From positions 270,554 through 334,553 of the forward strand of contig VMFR01000001.1 of assembly GCA_007376135.1 (NCBI GenBank): a stretch of 64,000 bases of DNA, read 5' to 3'. The notes beneath the pieces are model-generated. The model was not told the DNA's origin, did not search any database, and worked only from the letters and a program-made list of their open reading frames with translations. A program made the translations under genes and the position numbers. The stretch's first letter is position 1. The number at the start of each line of letters is the position of its first letter. Source of the DNA: Parcubacteria group bacterium Gr01-1014_31. GTDB taxonomy: Bacteria > Patescibacteriota > Patescibacteriia > Buchananbacterales > GWA2-38-13. Positions 1 to 10,055 of the stretch are shown in pieces.

Positions 1-60
1 TTCTGAGCGAGACGGACGGTAGGATGGTAGGGATGTAGGGTGGGTAGGGAAACAACAAAA

Positions 61-88
61 CGGCCGGGCAGACCGGCTGTTTTTTAAA
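61..88. terminator. GC hairpin (gccgg-gcaga-ccggc) followed by T6 and preceded by an A-rich run; probable bidirectional intrinsic terminator downstream of the minus-strand glycosyltransferase gene
   Basis: inverted repeat 63-76 and T-run 79-86 read in sequence. Confidence 0.4.
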
Positions 89-191
89 TTCTCCAGCCGC
101 CCTCCCAGCTACCACACGACCCGCCTACTTTCCTACCCTACTACTGTCCTACCGGTCTCGACACGACCCGCCTACCTTACCACCCGACTAC

Positions 192-1358
192 TCACCCTAC
201 CCGGCTCGCCCTCGTCTCGATCTGGCGCACGACGTCGGCGGCCAGGTCGTACGCGGCATTGGGTTTGCCCAAACTTCGGCAGGCGGACTTCCGCTCGGCG
301 GCGAGCTTGGCATCGGTCAACAGCGGGGCGACGGCGTCCGCCAGCTGGTCCGGGGCATGGGCGGAAACAGCCACTTTGTGGCGCAATAGAAATGCGAGGT
401 TGTCCTCCTCCTGGCCGGGGATGGCCGAGGGTATGGCCATGACCGCGCCCATCGCCAGGCATTCGGAGACCGTCAGGCCGCCCGCCTTGGTGATGACCAC
501 ATCGCATGCCGCCAGCAGCTCTTCCATATTCTGGACGAATCCATAGACGGAAACCCCGTCGGTGCCGGGCAGCGTTGAACGCTTCAGCTGGCTGCGCAAC
601 CAGTGGTCGCGACCGGTGACCAAGAGGAATTGCGTGCCGGGCGCATGGGCACGGACCAGCGGGACCAGCCGTTCCAGGTAGCCGGCCGACAACAGGCCGC
701 CGATGACCAGCACGATCGGCACTCGCTCGGGCAGCTTGAGACTGCGGCGCGCGGCAGCCGCATCGATGGGACGGGCGAATTTTGGCTGGACGGGAATGCC
801 GGTCACGGCCACCCGCTCCGGGGGAACGCGGAACCCCCCCAGGCAGCGGCGCACGTCCTCGGTCGACACGAAATAGCGGTCGGTCGCCTCATCGACCCAA
901 AAACTATGGCAGCCGTAGTCGGTCACGACCACGGCCGTAGGGATCGCGGCGATATTTTTGTCGCTAACGTGCGCCAACAGGCGGGTTGGCATCGGATGCG
1001 TACCGATGATGAAATCGGGCCGGTACTCTCGCACATACCGGAGCAGCGGCCTCTCCATCGCCCAACGCGTGAGGGAAACCAGCATGCCGTGGCGCGCGGG
1101 CCGGTCGTAGCGACGGTAGAGGAATCCCCAAAATTTGGTCCAGTGCGAACTGATAAAATTGTACCCGTTCTCGTAGAAGAAACGGAACGCGGGCCGCGCG
1201 AACTGCAGCACGTTGACGTTCCGCACCGTAACGTCAGGATGGCGCTCGGCGAACGCAGCCGTAATGGCTTCCGCCGCCTTGACATGGCCCATCCCGCCGG
1301 TCGCATGCAAGATCAAAACACGTCCCGATATTTTCGTAGTTGACCGCCGCTGAGCCAC
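192..1358 (-). CDS. GT28-family glycosyltransferase (MGDG synthase / diglucosyldiacylglycerol synthase UgtP-like; MurG superfamily)
   Basis: N-terminal ILHATGGMGHVKAAEAI motif and C-terminal VITKAGGLTVSECLAMG typical of MGDG-synthase/UgtP enzymes; GTG start; adjacent to cysS stop. Confidence 0.7.
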   Translation of the reverse strand: MAQRRSTTKISGRVLILHATGGMGHVKAAEAITAAFAERHPDVTVRNVNVLQFARPAFRFFYENGYNFISSHWTKFWGFLYRRYDRPARHGMLVSLTRWAMERPLLRYVREYRPDFIIGTHPMPTRLLAHVSDKNIAAIPTAVVVTDYGCHSFWVDEATDRYFVSTEDVRRCLGGFRVPPERVAVTGIPVQPKFARPIDAAAARRSLKLPERVPIVLVIGGLLSAGYLERLVPLVRAHAPGTQFLLVTGRDHWLRSQLKRSTLPGTDGVSVYGFVQNMEELLAACDVVITKAGGLTVSECLAMGAVMAIPSAIPGQEEDNLAFLLRHKVAVSAHAPDQLADAVAPLLTDAKLAAERKSACRSLGKPNAAYDLAADVVRQIETRASRVG

Positions 1359-1361
1359 AGG

Positions 1362-2762
1362 TTACGTTTTTTGCTCCACCCGCGGACCGTCGGTGGTGTC
1401 CTCAATGCGAAAACCGGCGGCGGCCGCCTCATCGCGCAGCCGGTCGGACTCTTTCCAATCTTTCTTTTTTCGTGCCTCCTGGCGGCGGGCGACCAGCGCC
1501 AGAATATTTTCGGGAATCTCTTCCGCGACGGTTTCCCCCAGCCCCAACCCCAGCACGCGGTCGAATTGCGCCACGGATTGCCGCTTGGCGTGGCCCGGCA
1601 ACGAATGGTCAGAAAGCATCTCCCACAGCACCGCCAGCGCCTGCGGCGTGTTCAGATCGTCGCCGATGGCCTGCGCGAAATGCTCTTCGTGCTCGGCGCA
1701 GCCGACCGCCGGTGTTCCCAATTCGGCGAGCGCGCGCCGCAGCCGCTTCAATGCCTGCGCCGCGCCGTCCAATGCTTCCCAGGAAAAATTCAGTTTCTGG
1801 CGGTAGTGGGTATTCAAGCAAAGGTAGCGGTACGCGAGCGGGTCGTAGCCGCGCTCCACGACGTCGGACAATTTCACGAACGTTCCCGAGGATTTGGCCA
1901 TCTTCGCCTTGCCCAGATCGAGGAACGCGCCGTGGAGCCACAGCTGCACCGTCCGCTCGCCATACGCGGCTTCGTTCTGGGCGATCTCATTGGTGTGGTG
2001 CACCGCGATGTGGTCTTCCCCGCCGCAGTGCAGGTCGAACGGGAATCCCAGATGCTGCTCGGACATGGCCGAACATTCAATGTGCCAACCCGGGAACCCG
2101 TCGCCCCACGGCGAGGGCCAGTGCATGACGTGTCCGGCATTCTTCCCCGCCCGTTTGAACCAGAGCGCGAAATCCGCGGGATGTTTTTTGGCGGCGTCCA
2201 CCTCCACTTCGTCGCGCGCGCCGACCGACTTTTCTTTCAACTTTTGGCCCGACAGCGCGGTGTAGCTCGGGAATTTCTCGACGTCGAAATAGACGGCCAG
2301 CGGGGTTTCATAGGCGTAGCCGTTCTGCTGCATCCGTTCGATGAGCTTGATCATCTGCGGCACGTGGTCGGTGGCCTTCGGCAGCACGTGCGGTCGCAGG
2401 ATATTGAGCGCGGTAAGGTCGGCCAAAAACGCCTGGGTGTAGCGGTCGGCAAGCGTGCGCAAGCTCTCCACCGTCGGGGGCAGCTGTTCGCGCGCCAGCG
2501 CCTTTTGCATCTTGTCCTCGCCCGTGTCGGCGTCGGAGACCAGATGGCCGACGTCGGTGATGTTCATCACGTGCCTGACGCGGAAATCGAAATACTCCAT
2601 CGTTCGGCGCAGCACGTCCTCGAACAGGTACGTGCGCAGGTTGCCGATGTGCGCAAAATCGTACACCGTCGGCCCGCAGGCATACAGACGGACGGTTTTG
2701 CCGTCCAGGGGCCGCAGCTCTTCCTTGCGGCGCGAAAGCGTGTTGTAGAGGCGAAATTCCAT
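1362..2762 (-). CDS. cysS: cysteine--tRNA ligase
   Basis: class I aaRS HIGH (HIGN) and KMSKS (KMAKS) motifs, CysRS zinc-binding cysteines; full length 466 aa. Confidence 0.9.
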   Translation of the reverse strand: MEFRLYNTLSRRKEELRPLDGKTVRLYACGPTVYDFAHIGNLRTYLFEDVLRRTMEYFDFRVRHVMNITDVGHLVSDADTGEDKMQKALAREQLPPTVESLRTLADRYTQAFLADLTALNILRPHVLPKATDHVPQMIKLIERMQQNGYAYETPLAVYFDVEKFPSYTALSGQKLKEKSVGARDEVEVDAAKKHPADFALWFKRAGKNAGHVMHWPSPWGDGFPGWHIECSAMSEQHLGFPFDLHCGGEDHIAVHHTNEIAQNEAAYGERTVQLWLHGAFLDLGKAKMAKSSGTFVKLSDVVERGYDPLAYRYLCLNTHYRQKLNFSWEALDGAAQALKRLRRALAELGTPAVGCAEHEEHFAQAIGDDLNTPQALAVLWEMLSDHSLPGHAKRQSVAQFDRVLGLGLGETVAEEIPENILALVARRQEARKKKDWKESDRLRDEAAAAGFRIEDTTDGPRVEQKT

Positions 2763-3074
2763 GTCCGGGTGGACTGCTTCGGGGCCTGCCGTACTGCCAA
2801 CAGGTCAGACGGTGCGAATGCAAAAATACTAGCCGTTTTCGCGGAAAAATGAAAGCCGGCGAGGCTTGACGGGCGAATCGCCAGTGCTACAGTGTACCCA
2901 GAGGGCCGGCCTTATCTCACCCAACTCCAACCCTACCCTTTCGACCCAAACAACCTTGGCCGGCCCCCTCTCTGTCCTTTGGCTGCTCCCCGCAGCCACC
3001 CGTGACCCCCTCGGTGATACTCGACCACCGGGGGGATTTTTTATTCCCGCCGCGGTGGCGTACAATGAACGCAC

Positions 3075-4934
3075 ATGCTCCCCCAGCGAAAATTCCTTTC
3101 CCGCTACTGGAAGAACGAGCGCGGCGCCATCGCGGCGATCTTTGTGTTCATCATGCTGGCGCAGGGCTTCTCGCTGTTGGAGCCCTACCTGTGGACCCGC
3201 CTGCTGGACGGCTTTCTCAAGGAAGTAACGGACCGCTCCAAGTTCCCGACCGAGGAAATATTCTTCGGGCAGGTCACCGGTATCGTGCTGTTCTGGGTTT
3301 CGGCGGCGCTGGCCTCCCGAACGGCAAAAAATATCCACCAATTCTACGCCACCACGCTGGCCGACCGCGTCGGCATCCGCGTTTTTCTGCATGCGTTCTC
3401 GCACGTGCTTTCCCTGCCAATGCGCTTCCACGCCAACGTCAAAGGCGGCGAGCTGTTCCGGAAGCTGACCAAGGCGCGCACCGACGTGACGGCGTTCCTG
3501 ACCACCTACTTTGAAAAGATCTTTCAAAACGCGTTCGCTATCGCTTTGGTCGCCGCCTACACGTTCATCCGCAACTGGCGGATGGGGTTGGCCCTGATCG
3601 TCTTTATCCCGCCGTTCCTGCTGGTGACCGCGTTGCTGACCCGCCGCATCCGGCACATTCAGAACCGCATCAACAAGGCGAACGAAACGCTGTTTGGCAC
3701 CACCGTGGAAGCCATCACCCACATTGAAGTGGTCAAGGCATTCGCCACGGCGTCCCACGAGCACCGGCTGGCCTCGCGCGACCACCGTATCGCCCACGCC
3801 CACGTGCAGGAACGCACCCGCGCCTACCAGATCCTGACGTTCACCCAGGGCACCATCATTAACCTGGCGCGCGTGACCATGATCTGGTACGGCGCGCTGC
3901 TCCTGTTCCGCGGCCAGCTGTCGTTCGGCGATCTGGTCCTCTTCAACATCTTCACCTTCTGGGTCTACCAGCCGCTCTACGAGCTGGGCGAGATCTACGC
4001 CAAGTATCAGGAGGGCGTGAACGCCGTGGAGCGCCTGCAGACGGTGCTGCGCGAACCGACCGATGAGGTCATCAGCGCATCGGCGGTCATTCCCGAAAAG
4101 CTGCGGGGCGACATCGAATTCCGCCACGTCGGCTTCACCTACGGCGACGAGCAGCGCGAGGTCCTGCGCGACGTGTCGTTCCGCGTCAAACCGGGACAAA
4201 AGCTGGCGCTGGTCGGGATGTCGGGTTCCGGCAAGACCACGGTGGTCAAGCTGCTGCTCCGCTTCTTTGCGCCGACCAACGGCCAGGTCCTGGTGGACGG
4301 GCGCGGCCTGCGCGACTACGACCTTGAGGCCCTGCGCAACCGCATCGGCCTGGTGATGCAGGACAACATCCTCTTCAACATGAGCCTGGCGGACAACATC
4401 CGCTACGGCACGTTCGATGCCACCGACGAGCAGGTCATCGCCGCGGCGCGGCGGGCGTACCTCGACGACCTGGTCGCCACGCTGCCCGACGGCTACAAGA
4501 CCCTGATCGGCGAGCGCGGCATCAAGCTGTCGGGCGGCGAGCGCCAGCGGGTCGCCATCGCCCGCGCCATCATCAAGCAGCCCGACATCCTCATCTTTGA
4601 CGAAGCCACCTCGGCCCTGGACTCCCGCTCTGAAGAGCTCATCAAGCGCGCCATCCAGGAGGTTTCGACCGGGGTCACGACCATCACGGTCGCCCACCGC
4701 TTCGCCACCGTCATGAACGCCGACGAGATCCTCCTTTTTGAGCGAGGACGCATCATGGAACGCGGGACCCACGGACAATTGCTAAAACGCCATGGGCGCT
4801 ACCGCGAACTTTTTGAACTGCAGACCCAGTACGGGGTAACCCTGGCTTCTCCCCGCAAACCGGAAGAACCGACGCTGGCGCCGGAACAGCTGAACGGACA
4901 CAACCATCCCCAGGGCGACGAAACCATGACTTGA
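3075..4934 (+). CDS. ABC transporter, fused permease/ATP-binding (type I exporter, MsbA-like)
   Basis: N-terminal 6-TM domain, Walker A GMSGSGKTT, signature LSGGERQRVAIARA, Walker B ILIFDEATSALD. Confidence 0.85.
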   Translation: MLPQRKFLSRYWKNERGAIAAIFVFIMLAQGFSLLEPYLWTRLLDGFLKEVTDRSKFPTEEIFFGQVTGIVLFWVSAALASRTAKNIHQFYATTLADRVGIRVFLHAFSHVLSLPMRFHANVKGGELFRKLTKARTDVTAFLTTYFEKIFQNAFAIALVAAYTFIRNWRMGLALIVFIPPFLLVTALLTRRIRHIQNRINKANETLFGTTVEAITHIEVVKAFATASHEHRLASRDHRIAHAHVQERTRAYQILTFTQGTIINLARVTMIWYGALLLFRGQLSFGDLVLFNIFTFWVYQPLYELGEIYAKYQEGVNAVERLQTVLREPTDEVISASAVIPEKLRGDIEFRHVGFTYGDEQREVLRDVSFRVKPGQKLALVGMSGSGKTTVVKLLLRFFAPTNGQVLVDGRGLRDYDLEALRNRIGLVMQDNILFNMSLADNIRYGTFDATDEQVIAAARRAYLDDLVATLPDGYKTLIGERGIKLSGGERQRVAIARAIIKQPDILIFDEATSALDSRSEELIKRAIQEVSTGVTTITVAHRFATVMNADEILLFERGRIMERGTHGQLLKRHGRYRELFELQTQYGVTLASPRKPEEPTLAPEQLNGHNHPQGDETMT

Positions 4935-5033
4935 CCGCGCTGCCGCCGCTGCATACAATAAAGGCGTCCTTTCCCCTTTTCCAATCCTCTCCATCCCCTA
5001 TCCCGAGGTTCATTTTTTTCTCCTCGTTTGTGC

Positions 5034-5073
5034 CCCGCACGTCACCTCACTGACGTGACGGGGCCTTTTCTTA
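5034..5073 (+). terminator. intrinsic terminator after ABC transporter gene
   Basis: hairpin ccccgcacgtcacc-tca-ctgacgtgacgggg followed by ccttttctt. Confidence 0.45.
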
Positions 5074-5103
5074 AAATGGACGTTTTGGGCTATTCTTACG
5101 GCT

Positions 5104-5979
5104 ATGACGGAACGCAATCGCCAACCTCGCCCGCGATTTCTGGCGAGCCTGCTGCATCGCGGGCTGGGAGTCGTTTCCCGCTGGCGGCTTGGCACTGGCG
5201 TCGCGCTGACTGCTGCCAGCTACCTGCTCGGACGGAAGCCGGGACTGTGGTGGTGGCAATTCACCCAGCGGTTCCACGTCCGGGCCCTGGCTGAACTGGC
5301 TGGCCCCGGCGACGTCGCGGTTGACATCGGCGCGGACGTGGGTTTTTTCACGCTTTTGCTCGCACGCCAGGTAGTACCGAAGGGCCATGTCTATGCCTTC
5401 GAACCCGAACCCAATAACCTTCGCGCGCTGACGGCCAACGTCCGCCGTTCAGGCCTCCGCAACATCACCATCGTTCCCGCGGCGGTTGCCAGCGTTTCGG
5501 GCACGCTGTCCCTCCATCTCTCCCCGGTGAATCCCGGCGACCATCGCATCATGCCGGCGGAAAACAAGCGCCGCACCGTTCCTGTCGCTGCCGTGTCGCT
5601 GGATGCCTACTTCCACGACAAGCCGGGCTCCATCAAAGTCATGAAGATCGATGTGCAGGGAGCTGAACTCTCCGTGCTTGGAGGCATGACAAAACTGCTT
5701 GCCGACCCCGCGCGCACCGTGGACTTGGCCATGATGATCGAATACTGGCCGTACGGCCTCCGCCGCGCTCGGGAAGAGCCCGCTGCGCTTTTGCATAGGC
5801 TCGTCGAAGCCGGTTTTACGCTCTCTCGCATTGATGAGCGCCAGCAAGGGCTCATCTCCCGAACGCCAAGCGAACTGAGCGCCGAGGTGGGCGAAGAATT
5901 CAGCGGCTACGTTGACCTCATCTGCCGCCGGACTACGGCGGCATCAACCGGATCACTTCCTGTTCGACCGGACCGATGA
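5104..5979 (+). CDS. FkbM-family SAM-dependent methyltransferase
   Basis: VDIGADVGFFTLL SAM-binding motif, YAFEPEP, MKIDVQGAEL motifs characteristic of FkbM family (TIGR01444). Confidence 0.75.
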   Translation: MTERNRQPRPRFLASLLHRGLGVVSRWRLGTGVALTAASYLLGRKPGLWWWQFTQRFHVRALAELAGPGDVAVDIGADVGFFTLLLARQVVPKGHVYAFEPEPNNLRALTANVRRSGLRNITIVPAAVASVSGTLSLHLSPVNPGDHRIMPAENKRRTVPVAAVSLDAYFHDKPGSIKVMKIDVQGAELSVLGGMTKLLADPARTVDLAMMIEYWPYGLRRAREEPAALLHRLVEAGFTLSRIDERQQGLISRTPSELSAEVGEEFSGYVDLICRRTTAASTGSLPVRPDR

Positions 5980-7225
5980 CGAACGTTCCCATCTCGTAGA
6001 GGGGGCGGATCTCGCAAGTCGGATTGATCGCGCACCCGATATTGTCCAGCCCTGCGGCCATGAGCATGAGGACCAGCAGGGTGAGCGCGGATTGCTGCAA
6101 GCGGGAAAGATACGGAGGCGGTCGGCTGCCCAACCGCAGCAGGTACACCAACAAGACGGCCTGCCAAGCACCACCGATACGGCTCAGATATTCCCCGGCA
6201 TAGTAATTACCGGATACCACGAACGCGGGAACAATAATGCTCACCGCGTAGAGGACGCCAATATGGAACGCCTGCCGACGCTGGTACCAATACGCTACCG
6301 TGACGAGCGGAATGCCAAGAATAACGACGAGGCGATAGGCCGCCCACTGGTTCCCCAGCCAGACGCTGAAAGGCGTCTGCATGCTGCTGACACCCCGCAG
6401 CCGCGTTACCCCCAGACTGCTTTCCAAATTGAACAACAGGGCTAGCGCGAAACAGGCGATCAGGGCAACGACGGCGACCGCGCCATGGCCCGCCAGCGTC
6501 CTGCGCTGCGCGCGGCGTTCGGACGCGGGGAGCAGCACCATTGCCGCAGCGCCGACGACCGCGAGGTTGATCAATTGCTGGTACGGGTGGGCGACGGCGC
6601 CCAGCACCAGCAGCGCACGGATGGTCAGGCGGTTACCGCCGGCCAGCAGCGCCGCCAGCGCCAAACCCGCGGCGAGCACGGAAAATCCGCGCGGCGCCGG
6701 TAGGAACGGATAGGTATGGAGGTGTAGCCAACCCAAAGCGATTCCAGACCCGATGAACCACGCCGGTGAAAGGGACAACCGCTGCCGGGTTGCCCAGCGG
6801 GCAGCAACGATCAGGACGACGAGCCACTCAATGGTCGGAACCACTAGCGCCCACGACACCAGCGGAACTCCGAAAAATCGCCGCAGGGGTTCGGCGATGC
6901 CGACCCGCAATACTACTAACGGCGAATAGGTCGTTGCCGCCGCCCGCAGCCGCGACCGCTGCACGTCGTCATCGAGCCGATCATAGGCCCGCCGGAGCTC
7001 ATCCGCGAGATCTTGACGATGCCCGCTCAATGTCTGCCATCCAACCCAGCCACCGAAGTAATACCGGAGATAATCATCCTGGTCAGTGAGGAGCGGGGAA
7101 ACGCGCAATAAAAATACGGTCGCAATGATCCAAACTGCGACCATCGCCAGCCGCTGGGAGCCCCCGGTTCCCCAGAGCGGCGTGCGTGCGGAACCCCCAG
7201 ACACCTCTCCCCCGAACTGCGGCAT
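5933..7225 (-). CDS. polytopic integral membrane protein (>=10 predicted TM helices), possibly glycan polymerase/glycosyltransferase-like; function unknown
   Basis: long hydrophobic segments throughout; ATG start; convergent 47-bp overlap with the upstream FkbM gene. Confidence 0.5.
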   Translation of the reverse strand: MPQFGGEVSGGSARTPLWGTGGSQRLAMVAVWIIATVFLLRVSPLLTDQDDYLRYYFGGWVGWQTLSGHRQDLADELRRAYDRLDDDVQRSRLRAAATTYSPLVVLRVGIAEPLRRFFGVPLVSWALVVPTIEWLVVLIVAARWATRQRLSLSPAWFIGSGIALGWLHLHTYPFLPAPRGFSVLAAGLALAALLAGGNRLTIRALLVLGAVAHPYQQLINLAVVGAAAMVLLPASERRAQRRTLAGHGAVAVVALIACFALALLFNLESSLGVTRLRGVSSMQTPFSVWLGNQWAAYRLVVILGIPLVTVAYWYQRRQAFHIGVLYAVSIIVPAFVVSGNYYAGEYLSRIGGAWQAVLLVYLLRLGSRPPPYLSRLQQSALTLLVLMLMAAGLDNIGCAINPTCEIRPLYEMGTFVIGPVEQEVIRLMPP

Positions 7226-7239
7226 GCTGCTGAACGTTT

Positions 7240-8244
7240 ATGCTCCACGGACGAGAGCACATCGCGACACCACCACGGTACCAAATTCTTACGCCGGTCG
7301 CCAGCGCCGCATCCTTTACGCGCTGCCTCTGCGGCGGTACCATGGCCGCTATGCGCACTGCGTGGCTTAGAGTTACAAACGCCATCCCGCGTACCAGGGT
7401 GAAACTCTGGCTGGCGGGACGGCTCTACCAGCTGGCCAAACTCGTGTACCGCAACGACCGCATCATCATCCGCCGCCGGGGAATCACCTATGCTATCGAC
7501 CTGCGGGAAGCCATCGACCTCAGTCTTACCGTTTTTGGCTCGTATCAACCGCACATCGCTCGTAACCGTGCCGTGCGCTTGACGGAGGACGCGGTTATTT
7601 TTGATATCGGCGCCAACACCGGGGTGATGTCCCTCGCCTACGCCGCCCAGGCGCCGCGAGGCAAGGTCTACGCTTTCGAGCCAACGGCGTTCGCGCTCCA
7701 GCGGCTGCGAAAAAATATCGCCGTCAATCCCGAGCTTGAACAGCGTATTCTCGTCACCCAGGCGTTCGTCGCACAATCGTCAGCTGAGGTCGCCCCGAGC
7801 AAAATCTACGCCAGCTGGCGGGTCAACGGTGCGGTGGACACTGCTGCGCACCCCATCCATGGCGGCATCGCCCACTCGACCGACGGTGTTACTACGACCA
7901 CGGTGGACGACTTCTGCGCGCGCCACGGCATTCAAAAAATTGATCTAATGAAGATCGACACGGATGGCCACGAACTCCAGGTACTCCGCGGGGCGCGGCA
8001 AAGCATTGCCCGCTTCCGGCCGGCGGTCATCTTTGAAATGGGGCTGGCGCTCATGGCGGAGAACGGCGCGGCATTCTCGGATTTTTTCAAGTACTTCCAC
8101 GATCTTTCGTACCGGCTGTTCGATAGCCGAAGCAACGCACCGGTCGACCTCAATAATTACCACCAATGGATACCGCGCTGGGGAAGTTTTGACGCGCTTG
8201 CGATCCCGCAGGAACGACTGCCTCGGCACCATGAACCCAGATGA
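7240..8244 (+). CDS. FkbM-family SAM-dependent methyltransferase (second copy); alternative start at 7342
   Basis: IFDIGANTGVMSL, YAFEPT, MKIDTDGHELQVL motifs; paralogous to 5104..5979. Confidence 0.7.
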   Translation: MLHGREHIATPPRYQILTPVASAASFTRCLCGGTMAAMRTAWLRVTNAIPRTRVKLWLAGRLYQLAKLVYRNDRIIIRRRGITYAIDLREAIDLSLTVFGSYQPHIARNRAVRLTEDAVIFDIGANTGVMSLAYAAQAPRGKVYAFEPTAFALQRLRKNIAVNPELEQRILVTQAFVAQSSAEVAPSKIYASWRVNGAVDTAAHPIHGGIAHSTDGVTTTTVDDFCARHGIQKIDLMKIDTDGHELQVLRGARQSIARFRPAVIFEMGLALMAENGAAFSDFFKYFHDLSYRLFDSRSNAPVDLNNYHQWIPRWGSFDALAIPQERLPRHHEPR

Positions 8245-8294
8245 ACTTGACGGGTGCGAGCACGGCGCAGTAGACTAGTAGCACAATTCAATAC

Positions 8295-8458
8295 GTATCA
8301 AGAGCGGCAGGAAAGCCCCGCCCACGGCGGGACCGGCGAACGAGCGCCGTTGACCTGCCCGACAACCTCCTCCCGTAGTACGGGAAAAAGGTGCCGACTC
8401 TCGCCCTGACGGGGAAAGATACTTCAACACTCCTTTCCGCGCGGAAAGGATTTTTTTT
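8295..8458 (+). promoter_or_regulatory. probable SAM-I (S-box) riboswitch with intrinsic terminator expression platform upstream of metK
   Basis: P1 gtatcaagag...gaaagatac, internal GGTGCCGACTC and AACC resembling SAM-I conserved blocks; terminator hairpin tcctttccgc/gcggaaagga + T8 at 8431-8458 that can alternatively pair with the P1 3' strand. Confidence 0.5.
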
Positions 8459-8466
8459 AACCTCCT

Positions 8467-9549
8467 ATGACCGACCAACCCGTACTGGCGAACCACCATT
8501 CCGTCGTCACCGCCGAGAGCGTCACCTCCGGCCACCCGGACAAGGTCTGCGACCAGATCTCCGACGCGGTCCTGGACGCATTCTTGGCCGGCGACCCGAC
8601 CAGCCGCGTGGCGGTGGAATGCATGGGATCGCACGGGTTACTGGTGATCGGCGGCGAGGTCACCTCCAGCCACGAAGTGGCGGTCGGCGAACTGGCGCTC
8701 AGGGTGTACGGCGGCATCGGCTACCATGAGCAGCCCGAGGTCATCGTGCGCATGGCGCAGCAGTCTCCGGATATCGCGGCTGGCGTTGACCCGGGCGGCG
8801 CGGGCGACCAGGGCATTATGTACGGCTACGCCACCGACGAAACGCCCGAGCTTTTGCCGCGGCCCATCGTACTCGCCCATAAACTAACCGCCGGCCTGGA
8901 GCGGCTGCGCCGCAGCGACTCGCGGTTCGCCTGGCTGCGGCCGGACGGCAAGGCCCAGGTCACCATTCAGAACGGCGACGTGAGAACTGCGCTGGTCTCC
9001 TGCCAGCACGACCCGGAAATCGCGCTGACGGACATCCAGCGGCTCATCTCCGACCACCTCATTAAACCCCAGATCGGCGACGGCAACTACCAGATCCTGG
9101 TCAATCCGACCGGCCGATTCACCCTTGGTGGATTCACCGCCGACGCCGGCCTGACCGGCCGGAAGATCATGGTAGACACCTACGGCGGGTCCATCCCTCA
9201 TGGCGGGGGCGCCTTTTCCGGCAAAGACCCGACCAAAGTGGACCGGTCCGCGGCCTACCAGGCGCGACGCGCCGCCGTCAGCGCGGTGCGTTCGGGGCTG
9301 GCCAAGCGCTGCCTGGTGTCGGTGGCCTACGCCATCGGCCGCGCGGAACCGCTGATGCTGTCGGTCATGACGTTTGGCACCGGCGATGATGCCAAGGTCC
9401 TGGAAAAGATACGTCGGGCGGTGGATTTCACCCCGAAAGGCATCATCCAGCAACTCAACCTGCGTCGTCCCATCTTCCAGAAAACGGCCTGCTACGGGCA
9501 CTTCGGACGCCCGGAATTCCCCTGGGAACAGCCACTGGATCTGCGCTAG
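8467..9549 (+). CDS. metK: S-adenosylmethionine synthetase
   Basis: ESVTSGHPDKVCDQISDAVLDA N-terminal signature and GGGAFSGKDPTKVDRSAAY motif. Confidence 0.9.
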   Translation: MTDQPVLANHHSVVTAESVTSGHPDKVCDQISDAVLDAFLAGDPTSRVAVECMGSHGLLVIGGEVTSSHEVAVGELALRVYGGIGYHEQPEVIVRMAQQSPDIAAGVDPGGAGDQGIMYGYATDETPELLPRPIVLAHKLTAGLERLRRSDSRFAWLRPDGKAQVTIQNGDVRTALVSCQHDPEIALTDIQRLISDHLIKPQIGDGNYQILVNPTGRFTLGGFTADAGLTGRKIMVDTYGGSIPHGGGAFSGKDPTKVDRSAAYQARRAAVSAVRSGLAKRCLVSVAYAIGRAEPLMLSVMTFGTGDDAKVLEKIRRAVDFTPKGIIQQLNLRRPIFQKTACYGHFGRPEFPWEQPLDLR

Positions 9550-9652
9550 AAGGCAGGCTGCGGCAGGATACGCCCAAACGCGCTTCGGGCCGTTTGGCAT
9601 GCGCCGACGCCGAGGCAATATAAATAATCCTGCTCGTACGTCTCTATATACG

Positions 9653-10039
9653 ATGAGTCAGGCACCCACCAAAATAACCATCGCGTTGACGGCCGCGGGA
9701 ATAGCCGGCGGTTTGTTGCGCGCCCGGCCGGTTTTCGCGCAACTGGCGCTGACGGTGAACGAAGGATTGTCGTACGGCACGATCGTCGGTTGGGGGACGC
9801 AAGACCTGCGGACCACCATCATGATGATCATTAATACGCTGCTGGGATTCTTGGGCGTCATCGCGGTCCTCATCATCTTGGGCGGAGGATTCAAGTGGAT
9901 GGTGTCAGGCGGGAACGAGGAGAAGGTCGCCGAAGCGCGCCGGATGATCATCTCCGGGATCATCGGGCTGGCCGTCATGTTCATGGCCTTCGCTATCGCC
10001 TCCTTCGTGGTGCAATCACTGGCCAACGCAACCAGCTAA
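9653..10039 (+). CDS. TrbC/VirB2-like small pilin (signal peptide + two hydrophobic helices), paralog 1
   Basis: N-terminal signal peptide ending VFAQ, mature part with two TM-like helices; 60-65% identical to 33822..34187. Confidence 0.55.
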   Translation: MSQAPTKITIALTAAGIAGGLLRARPVFAQLALTVNEGLSYGTIVGWGTQDLRTTIMMIINTLLGFLGVIAVLIILGGGFKWMVSGGNEEKVAEARRMIISGIIGLAVMFMAFAIASFVVQSLANATS

Positions 10040-10055
10040 GAACGGCTGCTTAAAT

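Noticed and set aside
2829-4778. 649-aa minus-strand ORF
   Set aside because: Arg/Gly/Asp-rich low-complexity translation, exactly antisense to the well-supported ABC transporter gene; typical high-GC antisense artefact.
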